Source of the DNA: a virus
Taxonomy: Duplodnaviria; Heunggongvirae; Uroviricota; Caudoviricetes
Strand: one strand, 5' to 3'
DNA length: 64,000 nt
IMG/VR virus record: IMGVR_UViG_3300035696_000002
Shown here: positions 48,777-58,463 of the stretch, in pieces
Numbering within the stretch: the first letter of the stretch is position 1
Layout of the letters: each line of letters opens with the position of its first letter
Notes under the pieces: generated by a model
Databases searched by the model: none
What the model was told of the DNA's origin: nothing
The model's input: the letters and a program-made list of their open reading frames with translations, nothing else
Position numbers and translations under genes: made by a program

Positions 48777-51700
48777 TAGCGTTTAACTCCTGAGAGTCCG
48801 GGCGGGTTACCTGAGCCCGGCTGCGGCGGCGTTGGCCCGGCCCCGCCAGTCGTAGCGGAGTCATCCGTCGATCTGAAACTGCTGGGATCAATCGGAGAGA
48901 TGTGGGAAATGTCCGCACTGTACTGATTGATCGTGATCTGATACATCTTCTGGCCATACATGCCCGTAACAGGCTTCGCCGTGATCTGACCCGTACCCTG
49001 AAGTTTGTTGAGAGCATCCACGAGGTCTTGATTGCCCGCAAGGTCTTGGTTCTTGAACGTCAGGGTGTTGATGCCACTGCCCATGGCTCCGGGCATCGCA
49101 GAGACGGCCTTGTAAACATCCATGGAGCTAACCATGTTGCCGCCCTTGGTGACTTCAGCAATGGCTTGCTTCCGGTCGTTGGCTTTTTTGTCTTCCGTAT
49201 CGACGTACTTGGAGTACAGCTTATTAAGCTGATCCTTCATGTCAGACGTGAGGGTCGAGGATGAAAGCTCACCGAGGCCGTCATTAACATCGGACAATTC
49301 TTGATGGGCCGCTGAAAGCTGTTTCTTCTGATCTTCACTGAGATCACCAATCTTTTCGAGTTGGTCGATCTGCCCCTGCAACGCAGCTTTCTGATCTTCC
49401 AAAGCGACAGACAGATTTTCCAATCCCTTGCCTTTGTCTTTCGCTGCAAGGTCTTTCAACATTTCTGAGGCTGGCTTGGCTTCACCAATCTTTTTGAAGA
49501 TGCCGCCAGTGTAATCAACGAGGCGATTCATCCACGTCGAGAATGCGTTTGCAACCATGTCGGCTGAGGTCTGAGTCAGGCGGGCAACCTTAGCCGCTTG
49601 ATCGCGAGCGGCGTTCTTTTGTGCTTGTGTGGCTTTTGTATCAGCAGCCATCTGGTTGACCAACAAATCGTTCATCTGGTCGGAGGCCGCTAAGCTCAAC
49701 ACGGAGTTGCCGAGGTTCTTTTCGTTGTCCTTCAGGAATTTCTTCAGGTAGACACCGTAGTTGGAGATGCCCTTAACCTGAATCGGAACACCCTGCTTGT
49801 GCAGTCCTTCGACGATGAGCTTTGCCTGATCTTCCGGCAGGGCACCCTCTTGGGCCGACTTCAAGAAACCACGAGCACCGCCCATCAAGGCGTCGCGTTG
49901 CTTCTGGGCATAGGCTTCTGGGGTTTCACCGAACACTTTAGCGACGCCGGACAAGGTACCGAGAGCATTATCCGAGAGGGCCTTCCCCTGCAAGAACTGC
50001 TTCATATCCATCCCGGATGTTGAAGCGGCCTGCTGCAATGCAGTTCGAGCTACGATGGTCGAAGCGACCGGGCTCTTGCCGTACAATTCCTGATAGAACG
50101 CACCACCGACACCGCCGCCTGCACCAGCACGGAGGCCCTGCAACTGCGTCATCATCTGTGTCAGCTTCTCAAGGTGCCCAGTCCACAACTTCTTTTGCTC
50201 ATCAGGAAGCTCCGACGCGGCCATCGTCATACTTTGGATAGCCTCGGTCATCTTCCCAGCATCACCACTTTCAAACGCACCACGAACCGAAGCAACGTCA
50301 ATATTCAACGGGGGCAGCCCGCCCTTTTCCGTTGGGATACTCATCTGGCCGAGGACTTCAGCCGCGTTTGCCGCGAGTTGTTTCTGGAATGTGCCGGAGG
50401 CCTTCTTAAACTCGGGCTGGGCCTTGTCGATGATGTAAGCTTCAGGTGCGATATCACGTTTCGTGCTGGCACCAGTGAGGGTGTCCAAGTACTCTTGCAG
50501 GTCGTCAGCCGTATCAACACCCGTCTTCCCCAGAACCATCAAAACATTTGTGACCTGTTCGATGGACTTGTTCATGCGGGTAAAGTGTTCCAACACACCG
50601 TCAAGGAGGGAGATGTATTTCGTGTAGCTAAGGCCCGCTGCCTTGGCCCCCTTCTGAACTCCAAGGAAGAAATCGTCCGTCTGGTCAAGAGCAACCTGAT
50701 ATTTTGTCAGGAGCTTCATAATCTGCTCAACTGACTGCACATCGCTCATGCCAAGAAGACGGCCAGTCGTCGCGGCAGTACGCTGAATCATACCGAAAGA
50801 GCCGGGAGCAAACTGATTGCCCGCCAATTTCTGGGCGTTCTCGCCGCCGACTTCAGGCAATGCGTACCCTGATTCGCCAACGGCCTGAGCCATTTTCATG
50901 TTTCGCTCAAAGCTCAAACCTAACTGGGTGTACCCGAGACCACCGGGCGTCAGAGCCGCACGGGCATTAGCGAAACCCTCAGCACCGGGGGCGTAGCCAA
51001 AGAGGCCAGCATTACCTAGACTCTCTTCCATTTTTTGCCGCTGTTGAGCGAGAGCATCCCACGCCTTAACCGCATACTCAGCGGCCTTTTTCAACGCGAT
51101 AATGTAGGGGGCGGCTTCCATGGCAGCATCGGCAACGCCGCTGAGCCCGCTTTCGACGGCACCCATCACGCCTGTAGTCTCACCGCCAGCCAAAGCTTCA
51201 TACGCCTTCGTCGCACCCTCAACGTCGGCTCCCTCAGGCAAAAGCCCGGCCTTGGCCATTTCACCTTGCTTGAAAATCTGGGCTTTCTTACCCGTCAGCC
51301 CCATCTCTTTTGCCACAGCTTCGATGCTATCCGAAGTTACTTCTTTTCCTCTGAGGCCTAGTTTTGTGATCGCAGCGGACTTCTGTCCCTTAAACTCTGC
51401 ACCACGCTGTCTCTGTGTGTCTTCGATGGCAGTCTTAACATCGGCAGATCGTTTCTGGAGGTCTTGAATTTCTTTGAGGAATTTGGGGTTGACACCCATA
51501 GCACTCAGGGTTTTGCTGATCCCATCCAACTCACGGGAGAAGCCCTTCAACTCCAGCTTCTTTGCCACGTCAACAAGCTTACCCATACCAATCGCACTGC
51601 GTTGAATCGAGCGGCCATACTTCTCCTGCTCATCCGCAGTGTACTTCGTTTCTTTGGCCAACTCAGCCTGTTCCTCTTTCAGTCGAGCAACTTCTTGAGT

Positions 51701-52102
51701 GAGTGCGGCTTGCTGTCTGTGAGTAAGCTTACCTGTTGCGAGGAGTTCTTCCGAGGACGCAATGATTTCTTGGTAGGCCTGCTGCATACCAGCCAAACCA
51801 GACTTCGCCCCCATTGCTGCTTTTGTCACATTTTTCGTGTGAGTAGCAAGGGCCTTGATGCTCTCTTCTGCCTTCTCCGCTGTATCAAGAAGCGTTCGAA
51901 ACTCAAAACGCGAGCCACGGACTTTGCCCGCGAGGTCATTAGCCTCACGGACAGTCTGTGCCATGTTGTCCTTGATAGCCTCGGTCGCTTCCGCCATTCG
52001 CCGGATATTTTCGGCGAGAGTTGGATCGAACGGAGGCCCGCCCCCACCGGGAGGTGTTCCGGGTGGTGCCCCACCACCGGGCGGCATTGGAGGTGTTGCC
52101 AT
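48776..52102 (-). CDS. Tape measure protein
   Basis: 1108-aa A/G/K/Q-rich helical protein between chaperone-like and baseplate genes. Confidence 0.75.
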   Translation of the reverse strand: MATPPMPPGGGAPPGTPPGGGGPPFDPTLAENIRRMAEATEAIKDNMAQTVREANDLAGKVRGSRFEFRTLLDTAEKAEESIKALATHTKNVTKAAMGAKSGLAGMQQAYQEIIASSEELLATGKLTHRQQAALTQEVARLKEEQAELAKETKYTADEQEKYGRSIQRSAIGMGKLVDVAKKLELKGFSRELDGISKTLSAMGVNPKFLKEIQDLQKRSADVKTAIEDTQRQRGAEFKGQKSAAITKLGLRGKEVTSDSIEAVAKEMGLTGKKAQIFKQGEMAKAGLLPEGADVEGATKAYEALAGGETTGVMGAVESGLSGVADAAMEAAPYIIALKKAAEYAVKAWDALAQQRQKMEESLGNAGLFGYAPGAEGFANARAALTPGGLGYTQLGLSFERNMKMAQAVGESGYALPEVGGENAQKLAGNQFAPGSFGMIQRTAATTGRLLGMSDVQSVEQIMKLLTKYQVALDQTDDFFLGVQKGAKAAGLSYTKYISLLDGVLEHFTRMNKSIEQVTNVLMVLGKTGVDTADDLQEYLDTLTGASTKRDIAPEAYIIDKAQPEFKKASGTFQKQLAANAAEVLGQMSIPTEKGGLPPLNIDVASVRGAFESGDAGKMTEAIQSMTMAASELPDEQKKLWTGHLEKLTQMMTQLQGLRAGAGGGVGGAFYQELYGKSPVASTIVARTALQQAASTSGMDMKQFLQGKALSDNALGTLSGVAKVFGETPEAYAQKQRDALMGGARGFLKSAQEGALPEDQAKLIVEGLHKQGVPIQVKGISNYGVYLKKFLKDNEKNLGNSVLSLAASDQMNDLLVNQMAADTKATQAQKNAARDQAAKVARLTQTSADMVANAFSTWMNRLVDYTGGIFKKIGEAKPASEMLKDLAAKDKGKGLENLSVALEDQKAALQGQIDQLEKIGDLSEDQKKQLSAAHQELSDVNDGLGELSSSTLTSDMKDQLNKLYSKYVDTEDKKANDRKQAIAEVTKGGNMVSSMDVYKAVSAMPGAMGSGINTLTFKNQDLAGNQDLVDALNKLQGTGQITAKPVTGMYGQKMYQITINQYSADISHISPIDPSSFRSTDDSATTGGAGPTPPQPGSGNPPGLSGVKR

Positions 52103-52106
52103 TTAG

Positions 52107-52736
52107 TTAGCTTACCCTTCCTTCGACAGGCGGTATGGCCTGTGCGTCGAATATCTGTTCGGTCTCATCGACAATCGCTTTTTGCTGAGTAGTCTCGACG
52201 TACTTCATCGCCTGCTCAAACAACCGACGTTCAACTTCCGTCATGATGGCCGAGTCCGGGAACTCTTCCTTCAACCGATCCTCGATCTTCTGCGAGTGCA
52301 CCATGAGGACACGCCACAAAACCTCTGTGACTTCCTCACCCCACGTCAGCATCAGATTGCGGAGGACAACCTGCACGTCCTTCAGCACACCCTTGTCTGT
52401 CGGGTCGGGCACGAGCCGTTGCTGCGTAGTCAACCCACGGAGGCTCTTGCCGCCGATCCATGAAATGGATCGGGAAAGAATTTCAATCTTCACCCGCTTA
52501 ATCCACAGGTAGCCCTTATACTCCTCGGCTGCCATCAAAGCGTCCATCTCGTCGGCTGTCGGGATGTTGGCGATTCGGACGTTGACCGTGTATCCCTTGG
52601 ACTTCAGCGAGAGGATGTCTTCCACCTCTTCAACTCCGAAGCCGCGTAGCCCGGCAATCACCTCTTCAAGCGACTGCGGGGTTTCTTGCACTTGAGAAGC
52701 AAGCTCGTCTTTCGCCTGCTGTACCTTCTCTTCCAT
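52107..52736 (-). CDS. Putative tail assembly chaperone
   Basis: Immediately upstream of the tape measure gene; SD AGGAG. Confidence 0.55.
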   Translation of the reverse strand: MEEKVQQAKDELASQVQETPQSLEEVIAGLRGFGVEEVEDILSLKSKGYTVNVRIANIPTADEMDALMAAEEYKGYLWIKRVKIEILSRSISWIGGKSLRGLTTQQRLVPDPTDKGVLKDVQVVLRNLMLTWGEEVTEVLWRVLMVHSQKIEDRLKEEFPDSAIMTEVERRLFEQAMKYVETTQQKAIVDETEQIFDAQAIPPVEGRVS

Positions 52737-52848
52737 AAAACACTCCTAAATGCTGCTCTTTCTATGAGTTACTTACAACAGCCCGAAGGCCGTTTAATTT
52801 GGGTGCCCCTACAAACTTGGTCTACAGCCAAGGAAGCGGAAATCACTG

Positions 52849-53922
52849 TTATTGATACCGCTTAAGGCGATCCAAAATACTGGGTTGAACTTCCCGTTCT
52901 TCGCGGGTCGGCTGAGGTTTGGCTTTCGGCTGATTGCCCTGCTTGATGGCTTTCTGCCGCTCTTTGACCTCGGCGTCTGTGAGGATTTCCATCCGCTGGG
53001 TGATGCCCGGCCCGCCACGCTCGCGATGGATAGCCTCCAGTTTCTTTTTCTGGGTGTCAGCTTCAGCTTCCATCTGCTTCTGCCAAGCCGCCATCAAACG
53101 TTCGTGTTTATCGTTGGCGAGCATGCCTTTCATTTCACGCAACAGGTCAGCCTCAGAGTCCCCAGCGTGAGCCCATCCATCCGTGACATCAACCTCTGGG
53201 GCGATACGAACAACCTTCTCCCATGGCTCAAGCGAATCCGTTTCCAATTGCCGGGCGACATTCATCAACTCATTGTGAACAGGATCAGCACTTTTGCCTG
53301 CCGTTGGTCGCACCACAAACAAGGCGTTGAAATTGTCGTCGAGACGGCGTTTCGCATCGTCGCGATAGTGACACAAGCTCGCCCACGCACGGGCGTGATC
53401 TGGCGGCAGGACGATGGTGATCGTCTTCTCATCCGGCAGCGTCACGATCCGATTTTCATAGGAGGACAAGCCCTCTCCCCGGCTATGCCACATATTTTCC
53501 GAGGATTGGGTTGTGACATAAGCCGCGAGGTATGGGTAGAGTGAGGCGTCATAATCAGACATCTGCTTCACAACTTCGGCCAGACTGCGAAGCTCAATCG
53601 ACGACAGTGCCTCGATCTCTGGTTTGGAAAACGTCGTTGCAATGTTCAGGATTGTCGCGATGAAATCGTTGGGGTCTTTCACCCAGCGTTTGAACATCTT
53701 CCGCTCGTGGGCATGCACTCCACGCACCCAACCGACCCGCTTGTTGTCAACCATGAGCGGGCGAATGCGGGCTCCCACCTCGATAAGCTCCTCACAGTTC
53801 TCGCTGATCTTGTCCTTGATTTCCTCAACATACTCAAGCGGAGCCATTTTAAGCTCGCCTGCGTTGATCTTCCGCATCAAGTCCTTACCGGAGGGGGCGA
53901 TTATGGTTCGATTAGCGGCCAC
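52849..53922 (-). CDS. Hypothetical protein, possibly tail chaperone-like
   Basis: 357-aa ORF; synteny only. Confidence 0.55.
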   Translation of the reverse strand: MAANRTIIAPSGKDLMRKINAGELKMAPLEYVEEIKDKISENCEELIEVGARIRPLMVDNKRVGWVRGVHAHERKMFKRWVKDPNDFIATILNIATTFSKPEIEALSSIELRSLAEVVKQMSDYDASLYPYLAAYVTTQSSENMWHSRGEGLSSYENRIVTLPDEKTITIVLPPDHARAWASLCHYRDDAKRRLDDNFNALFVVRPTAGKSADPVHNELMNVARQLETDSLEPWEKVVRIAPEVDVTDGWAHAGDSEADLLREMKGMLANDKHERLMAAWQKQMEAEADTQKKKLEAIHRERGGPGITQRMEILTDAEVKERQKAIKQGNQPKAKPQPTREEREVQPSILDRLKRYQ

Positions 53923-54514
53923 GGGGTTTGCCCTTCTTCTCCATCTCCTGAACTTCTTCCTCGGTCAGGATGCGTGTTCGCTCGCGAATCTCCCCTTTCG
54001 GGGCTTCAGTTGTTGGGGCCTCGGGCTTCGACAACTCGATTGGTAAATCCGGCGACGGTGCCGTACCGCCGCGAAGCTTGGAGCCTTCGAGGATTCTACG
54101 ATCCAACTCTCGGGCCTCTCGCACCTCTTGGGCACCGAATTTGTTAATCATCTCCCGCTCAAGACGGTCACCGATCTCATCCCGCTGGGCCTCAGCTTCA
54201 TCCAGCGTCTTGCGGAATTTATTCGGTTCCGGGGCTTGATACAAACCAACAGTGTGAAAAATGCGGGGGGTTGGGGATTGTCCCTTGAAAATCAACAGGA
54301 TTCTCTCTATGATCGTGGATGGAATGGCTTCCATGACACGGTACCCATCGTCGCAGTTTTTGATCGGCAGGCCGGACACTTCGACCAGAGAGGCTGCCAG
54401 AATCGTTCGCAGACGATCTCTGTTCTTTTCGAATTTGATGGTAAATTCCTCACGCCACGTAAGCGGTTTGAAACGAAAGGAATAGTGGGCCAGTTTGATG
54501 TCGATAGTGTCCAT
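53912..54514 (-). CDS. Hypothetical protein, possibly tail chaperone-like (likely start MDTIDIK)
   Basis: FRFKPLTWREE resembles chaperone-type motifs. Confidence 0.5.
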   Translation of the reverse strand: MDTIDIKLAHYSFRFKPLTWREEFTIKFEKNRDRLRTILAASLVEVSGLPIKNCDDGYRVMEAIPSTIIERILLIFKGQSPTPRIFHTVGLYQAPEPNKFRKTLDEAEAQRDEIGDRLEREMINKFGAQEVREARELDRRILEGSKLRGGTAPSPDLPIELSKPEAPTTEAPKGEIRERTRILTEEEVQEMEKKGKPRGR

Positions 54515-54681
54515 GCAATTTAGGGCGGAAAAATCCAGATGAGCGAAATCGCCGCCGACACTCTTCAATACGGCAAAATTGCAGTATTAAACAATCACGC
54601 GACCCGGACTCAATGAGTTTGGGGATGAGGGCGGGCACGTCCCACCCGCCTTCATCAAAAATTTAGGGACGATGGGATTAC

Positions 54682-56298
54682 ATGGTTAAGCCGCTGGACG
54701 TTCTCGTCTACCGCTGCCTTCATGAGGACTTGCGGGACGTAATTGGAAAGTATGAGGCCCCGTTACGGTGGGCCATCAAACAAGCTACCCGAGAGCCAGC
54801 CCGGCTCATTGATCCCAAAGGTGATGCTGGTGTACCATCCGAGATGCCTTCCTACAAGGCTCTGGATGCGATTCTCGAATACTACGGTCGCCTGAAAAAG
54901 CTCCCCAACCCAGACTCTCTCGACGCATTCTTCGATGTCGCTGATATGGAACTGCGTGACAAGAGAAAAGAAATCATGGCGACCGTGCAAGCGTTGGAGA
55001 CTACCGTCACCGCTGAGCATATCAAAAAGCGTGGTGAGCCTGAGATTCTGTGTGAGAAAGTTTCAGACACCGCCCAAGAGCAGTTCTATTACTACATCGC
55101 AGCCGAGACTGACAAAATCATCACCGCTGGACGCGGTATGCGGCAAGCAGACCGGGACGCCGGGGCCAAGGGCGGCAAAGAGGATGCCAAGAAGTTTATC
55201 CTCGAAATGATTTCCGACGATTACGCCGGGAACGTTGTCGAGAAAATCTCCGGTGTCTGGCAGGACAACGCGGAGAAAACTATTACCCGGCTGGAGAACC
55301 AACTACACGGCCAAAAGACTCAAATCCTTCTCGGCTTCCCCACCATCGACGAAGCCTTAGTCATGCAGAAGGGTGAAATCCTCACCATCGCAGGCTACAC
55401 GGGTGACGGTAAAACCATGTTGCTGATGTCGATCATCTACAACATGCTGAAAAATGGGGAACGTGTTCTCCTGAATAGCCTTGAATTTGACGCTGAAACA
55501 GTGTGGGATCACATGGCCTTTCTATACGCCGGGGAGTTTGGTGTCTCCGCGATGCTGGGCACACCGCTCGACTGGAAACGGCACAACGAGACGGCCAATC
55601 CCCCTGTCATTACCGTGTCACCGGAACAAGAAGCGAATATGAAAGCACTAATCCGGCGATACAAAACGTATGATGGGGTGCCGGGGGCTCTCGATGTCTG
55701 TTCGGAACGTGACTTCGAAAAGTTTAAGATGTACTACGAGATTGGTGATGTGAAGCACAACTACACCGTTGTCGTGATTGATTTTGTGGACTTCCTGAAC
55801 ACCCCGGATGCACGCGGCCCAGCCGACCAGATGCACGCCATGGATTTACAGACGAAACGGGTTATCGCTTGGGCCAAGGACAAGAAAAAATTCCTGTTCG
55901 TCACCCCGGCTCAAATCAAGAAAAGCTCCTACGACAAGGTCACAGCCGATTATGAGAAAAGTACGACGAACGGGTTTTATGAGCGTACCTGTCTGAGTTA
56001 CGCCAAGGCCCTGACGGAGCTTGGGGACTGGATGATCTCAGTCTTTTCCCCGGTAGGAATGCGTAAGGAAGGGAAGACCCGCGTCCAATGCCTGAAACAC
56101 CGTGGCGGACAATTTGACCCTTTCGAGGCACAGGTGGATGGCTACGCCGGGTACGTCACTGATCCCTTTGCCCTGACAAAGAAAGACAGATCGAGTATTG
56201 AAGAGGGTAGGACTTCGCGGCAGCCCGTGTTGGCATCAAGTAGCAGTATCGAAGACCTGCTTTGTGCCAACCCTCAAGAACCGGGGTTCTACTTATAA
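54682..56298 (+). CDS. DnaB-like (SF4) replicative helicase
   Basis: LGFPTIDE, Walker A AGYTGDGKT, SLE, Walker B VVIDFV, PAQ, and KHRGG arginine finger. Confidence 0.85.
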   Translation: MVKPLDVLVYRCLHEDLRDVIGKYEAPLRWAIKQATREPARLIDPKGDAGVPSEMPSYKALDAILEYYGRLKKLPNPDSLDAFFDVADMELRDKRKEIMATVQALETTVTAEHIKKRGEPEILCEKVSDTAQEQFYYYIAAETDKIITAGRGMRQADRDAGAKGGKEDAKKFILEMISDDYAGNVVEKISGVWQDNAEKTITRLENQLHGQKTQILLGFPTIDEALVMQKGEILTIAGYTGDGKTMLLMSIIYNMLKNGERVLLNSLEFDAETVWDHMAFLYAGEFGVSAMLGTPLDWKRHNETANPPVITVSPEQEANMKALIRRYKTYDGVPGALDVCSERDFEKFKMYYEIGDVKHNYTVVVIDFVDFLNTPDARGPADQMHAMDLQTKRVIAWAKDKKKFLFVTPAQIKKSSYDKVTADYEKSTTNGFYERTCLSYAKALTELGDWMISVFSPVGMRKEGKTRVQCLKHRGGQFDPFEAQVDGYAGYVTDPFALTKKDRSSIEEGRTSRQPVLASSSSIEDLLCANPQEPGFYL

Positions 56299-56301
56299 GC
56301 C

Positions 56302-57396
56302 ATGGCTGACTACAACAAAACTAACGGGAACGGTGAAGGGGCTGGGTACATCTGGTTCAAGTTTTACTTCAACGACTGGCGTACCGACCCCTGCGTCCTA
56401 CAGATGTCCGGTACTGAGACTGGCGTCTACATCGACTTGCTCGCCCTTCAGGCCGACACCGATTATCTCCCGGAAGATTTTGAGGACATTGCCCGGTTGC
56501 TTGGGGGCAAATACGACCGCCGAACTGTGCGTAAATTCCTCGAACGGTATGCTGATGTCTCTGGAAATTACGGGAAATCTCTGGAAACTTCTGGAAAGTT
56601 ACGGAACTTCTCTGGACTTTTCCCGAGACTTCCCGAAGACTTCGGGAAACGTGCTAACGCCAAGCTATTAGAATTGCAAGTAAAATCGGGAAAAATCGCA
56701 TCCCCTAAAAACACAGAAGAGAATAGAGGAGAAGAGAAGAGAGGAGAACAGAATTATTCAGTCGGTGGGTCGGTTCCAAGCCAAGTTACTGACGCTGAAG
56801 TGGTTGTGGAAGAACCATCAGACTCACCTTCGGTGGAGGAATCTAAGCCTTGGAAGGCCCGGCCCCCTCGGCCAAAAAACCCCGCTTCGGGGGTTGGAAC
56901 ATTCGTCCCAGACCTCACTCAGAAACCCTCCGGTGCTCCACCAAACCCCGAGGTTGAGGTTCTGTGCAAGAAGGTTGCTTCCCTCCTCGGGAAGAGTGTT
57001 CACCCATCGTGGGCGGTTCATGCCGAACGGCTCCTGAGTAAGACCCCGTTGGATGAAGCTATCGCCATCGCTCAGTGGGCTTTGGCTGAGACTCCAAACC
57101 CATTCTGGCGTGAGCACACTTTCAACATGAAGAATTTGGCTGACCACATCGCGACCGGGGATATCGTAGAGCAACGGAATAGCTGGCTGAAGAAACAAGA
57201 CGTGAACAAGCGGCTTACCCCTGTCGGCGAGGATCGGAGCCAATCCGAGTATCGGGACACCACGAAGTACTCATCCAAGGCGTGCTGTGATTGCCATGAA
57301 GAGTTCAGTTATGAGTGGTTCCAGACAGGAAACGTTCGATGTGAGGCATGCCTTGAAAAGGCCAAGGCTGAATTAGCAGCAGAGGAGACAGTATGA
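56302..57396 (+). CDS. Replication initiator (DUF1376/YdaU-like N-terminal wHTH)
   Basis: WFKFYFNDW...MS..ETGVYIDLL...LP.D...IARL; located between helicase and loader. Confidence 0.75.
   Translation: MADYNKTNGNGEGAGYIWFKFYFNDWRTDPCVLQMSGTETGVYIDLLALQADTDYLPEDFEDIARLLGGKYDRRTVRKFLERYADVSGNYGKSLETSGKLRNFSGLFPRLPEDFGKRANAKLLELQVKSGKIASPKNTEENRGEEKRGEQNYSVGGSVPSQVTDAEVVVEEPSDSPSVEESKPWKARPPRPKNPASGVGTFVPDLTQKPSGAPPNPEVEVLCKKVASLLGKSVHPSWAVHAERLLSKTPLDEAIAIAQWALAETPNPFWREHTFNMKNLADHIATGDIVEQRNSWLKKQDVNKRLTPVGEDRSQSEYRDTTKYSSKACCDCHEEFSYEWFQTGNVRCEACLEKAKAELAAEETV
56559..56755 (+). repeat. Iteron-like repeats plus a purine tract inside the initiator gene (putative origin)
   Basis: C[T/G]GGAAA at 56561, 56571, 56581, 56591 and 56643; inverted TTCCCG at about 56620 and 56630; then an A/G-only tract at about 56715-56750. 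Confidence 0.6.
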
Positions 57397-58253
57397 AGTA
57401 CCACTACGAACGCCGCGATCTAATGTTCTCCGGTTGGTCGGATGAGCAATACGCCTACTTCGACGAACGGGCACAGGCCTTGGTCACGCGATGTGCGGTC
57501 TGTCACGGGGAAGGGTTGGTTGACATCTACGTCCCACTCCTCGACAAAACCAGCAAGGGGCCGTGCAAGCTCTGCTCACGAAATATTGAATGCCTCAAGT
57601 GGGTCACCCACTATTTCTTCCCGAACGTTGGGCGGAATTATCGTCAGTTCCGGCTGCCGATGCGAGCCTACACAGGCAGCACCGTGCCGATCCCGGTACA
57701 GAAAACAGTGTTCAAAATGGCTGACGAAGCTGCCTCGTCTGGTAAAGGTATTTTCCTGCTTGGCCCATCCGGCACCGGGAAGACGGCCCTGTTGAGTGCC
57801 CACTACCTCCATGATCTGGTCACCATCATTGAGTCCTACGTGGATCACCACAAGACAGGACTCTCATCGCTGCCCATCTTCAAACTCACAGCCAAGAAAG
57901 CCATTGACGAGAACATTGATTTCAAGCGGAACGAGCCCCAATACAACGCCGATGGTGAGATCGTGCGGAAGGGTGCCGCCGTGCCAACCGTTTCAGCGGA
58001 CAAGATCAAAGACCTGTCGAATCAGGGGCACACGGTGATCTGGTACCTCGACGAACTCGACAAAACAAAAATCTCTGAGACAGGATTCAGCTACCTTTTC
58101 GACGCAGTGCGTGAGCTTGAAGAGCAACGCGGGCGGCTCTCCTGCGGCACGAATGAGACGTGGGAAGTGTTGCAGGCCCGCTTCGGTGATGAGTTCATGA
58201 ACCGCATCAGACGAATGACGGTTGTGATCGACCTCTTCAAAATGCTGAAGTAA
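57393..58253 (+). CDS. DnaC/IstB-like AAA+ helicase loader
   Basis: CxxC...CxxC, GPSGTGKT, YLDELDK, TN...RFG...RIRRM. Confidence 0.8.
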   Translation: MKYHYERRDLMFSGWSDEQYAYFDERAQALVTRCAVCHGEGLVDIYVPLLDKTSKGPCKLCSRNIECLKWVTHYFFPNVGRNYRQFRLPMRAYTGSTVPIPVQKTVFKMADEAASSGKGIFLLGPSGTGKTALLSAHYLHDLVTIIESYVDHHKTGLSSLPIFKLTAKKAIDENIDFKRNEPQYNADGEIVRKGAAVPTVSADKIKDLSNQGHTVIWYLDELDKTKISETGFSYLFDAVRELEEQRGRLSCGTNETWEVLQARFGDEFMNRIRRMTVVIDLFKMLK

Positions 58254-58463
58254 TCGAAAATTGCAGGCCCACTGCGAAAAAACAAACACCGTGTTTTTTC
58301 GTCACCGAGAGAATCCCCAAGAAATAAGAAAAATCTTCAAGGTCGATTGTGAATTGTTTGTGAAAAAGTTTCCCTTCTGCGTATTACATAGTTGTCGGTA
58401 GAAGAATCGAAACCGCTTGAAAGCACTCCTGTAAGGATTCAAGAGAGAAGGATCGTACACACC

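Noticed and set aside
3542-54523. Many + strand ORFs of 60-420 aa opposite the structural genes (e.g. 17729..19000, 10274..11206, 33844..34743)
   Set aside because: They are antisense shadows of GC-rich coding sequence, with no SD, motifs or operon logic.
52107-54568. Programmed frameshift between tail chaperone-like genes
   Set aside because: I saw no canonical slippery heptamer at the junctions, and the downstream genes have their own SD and start.
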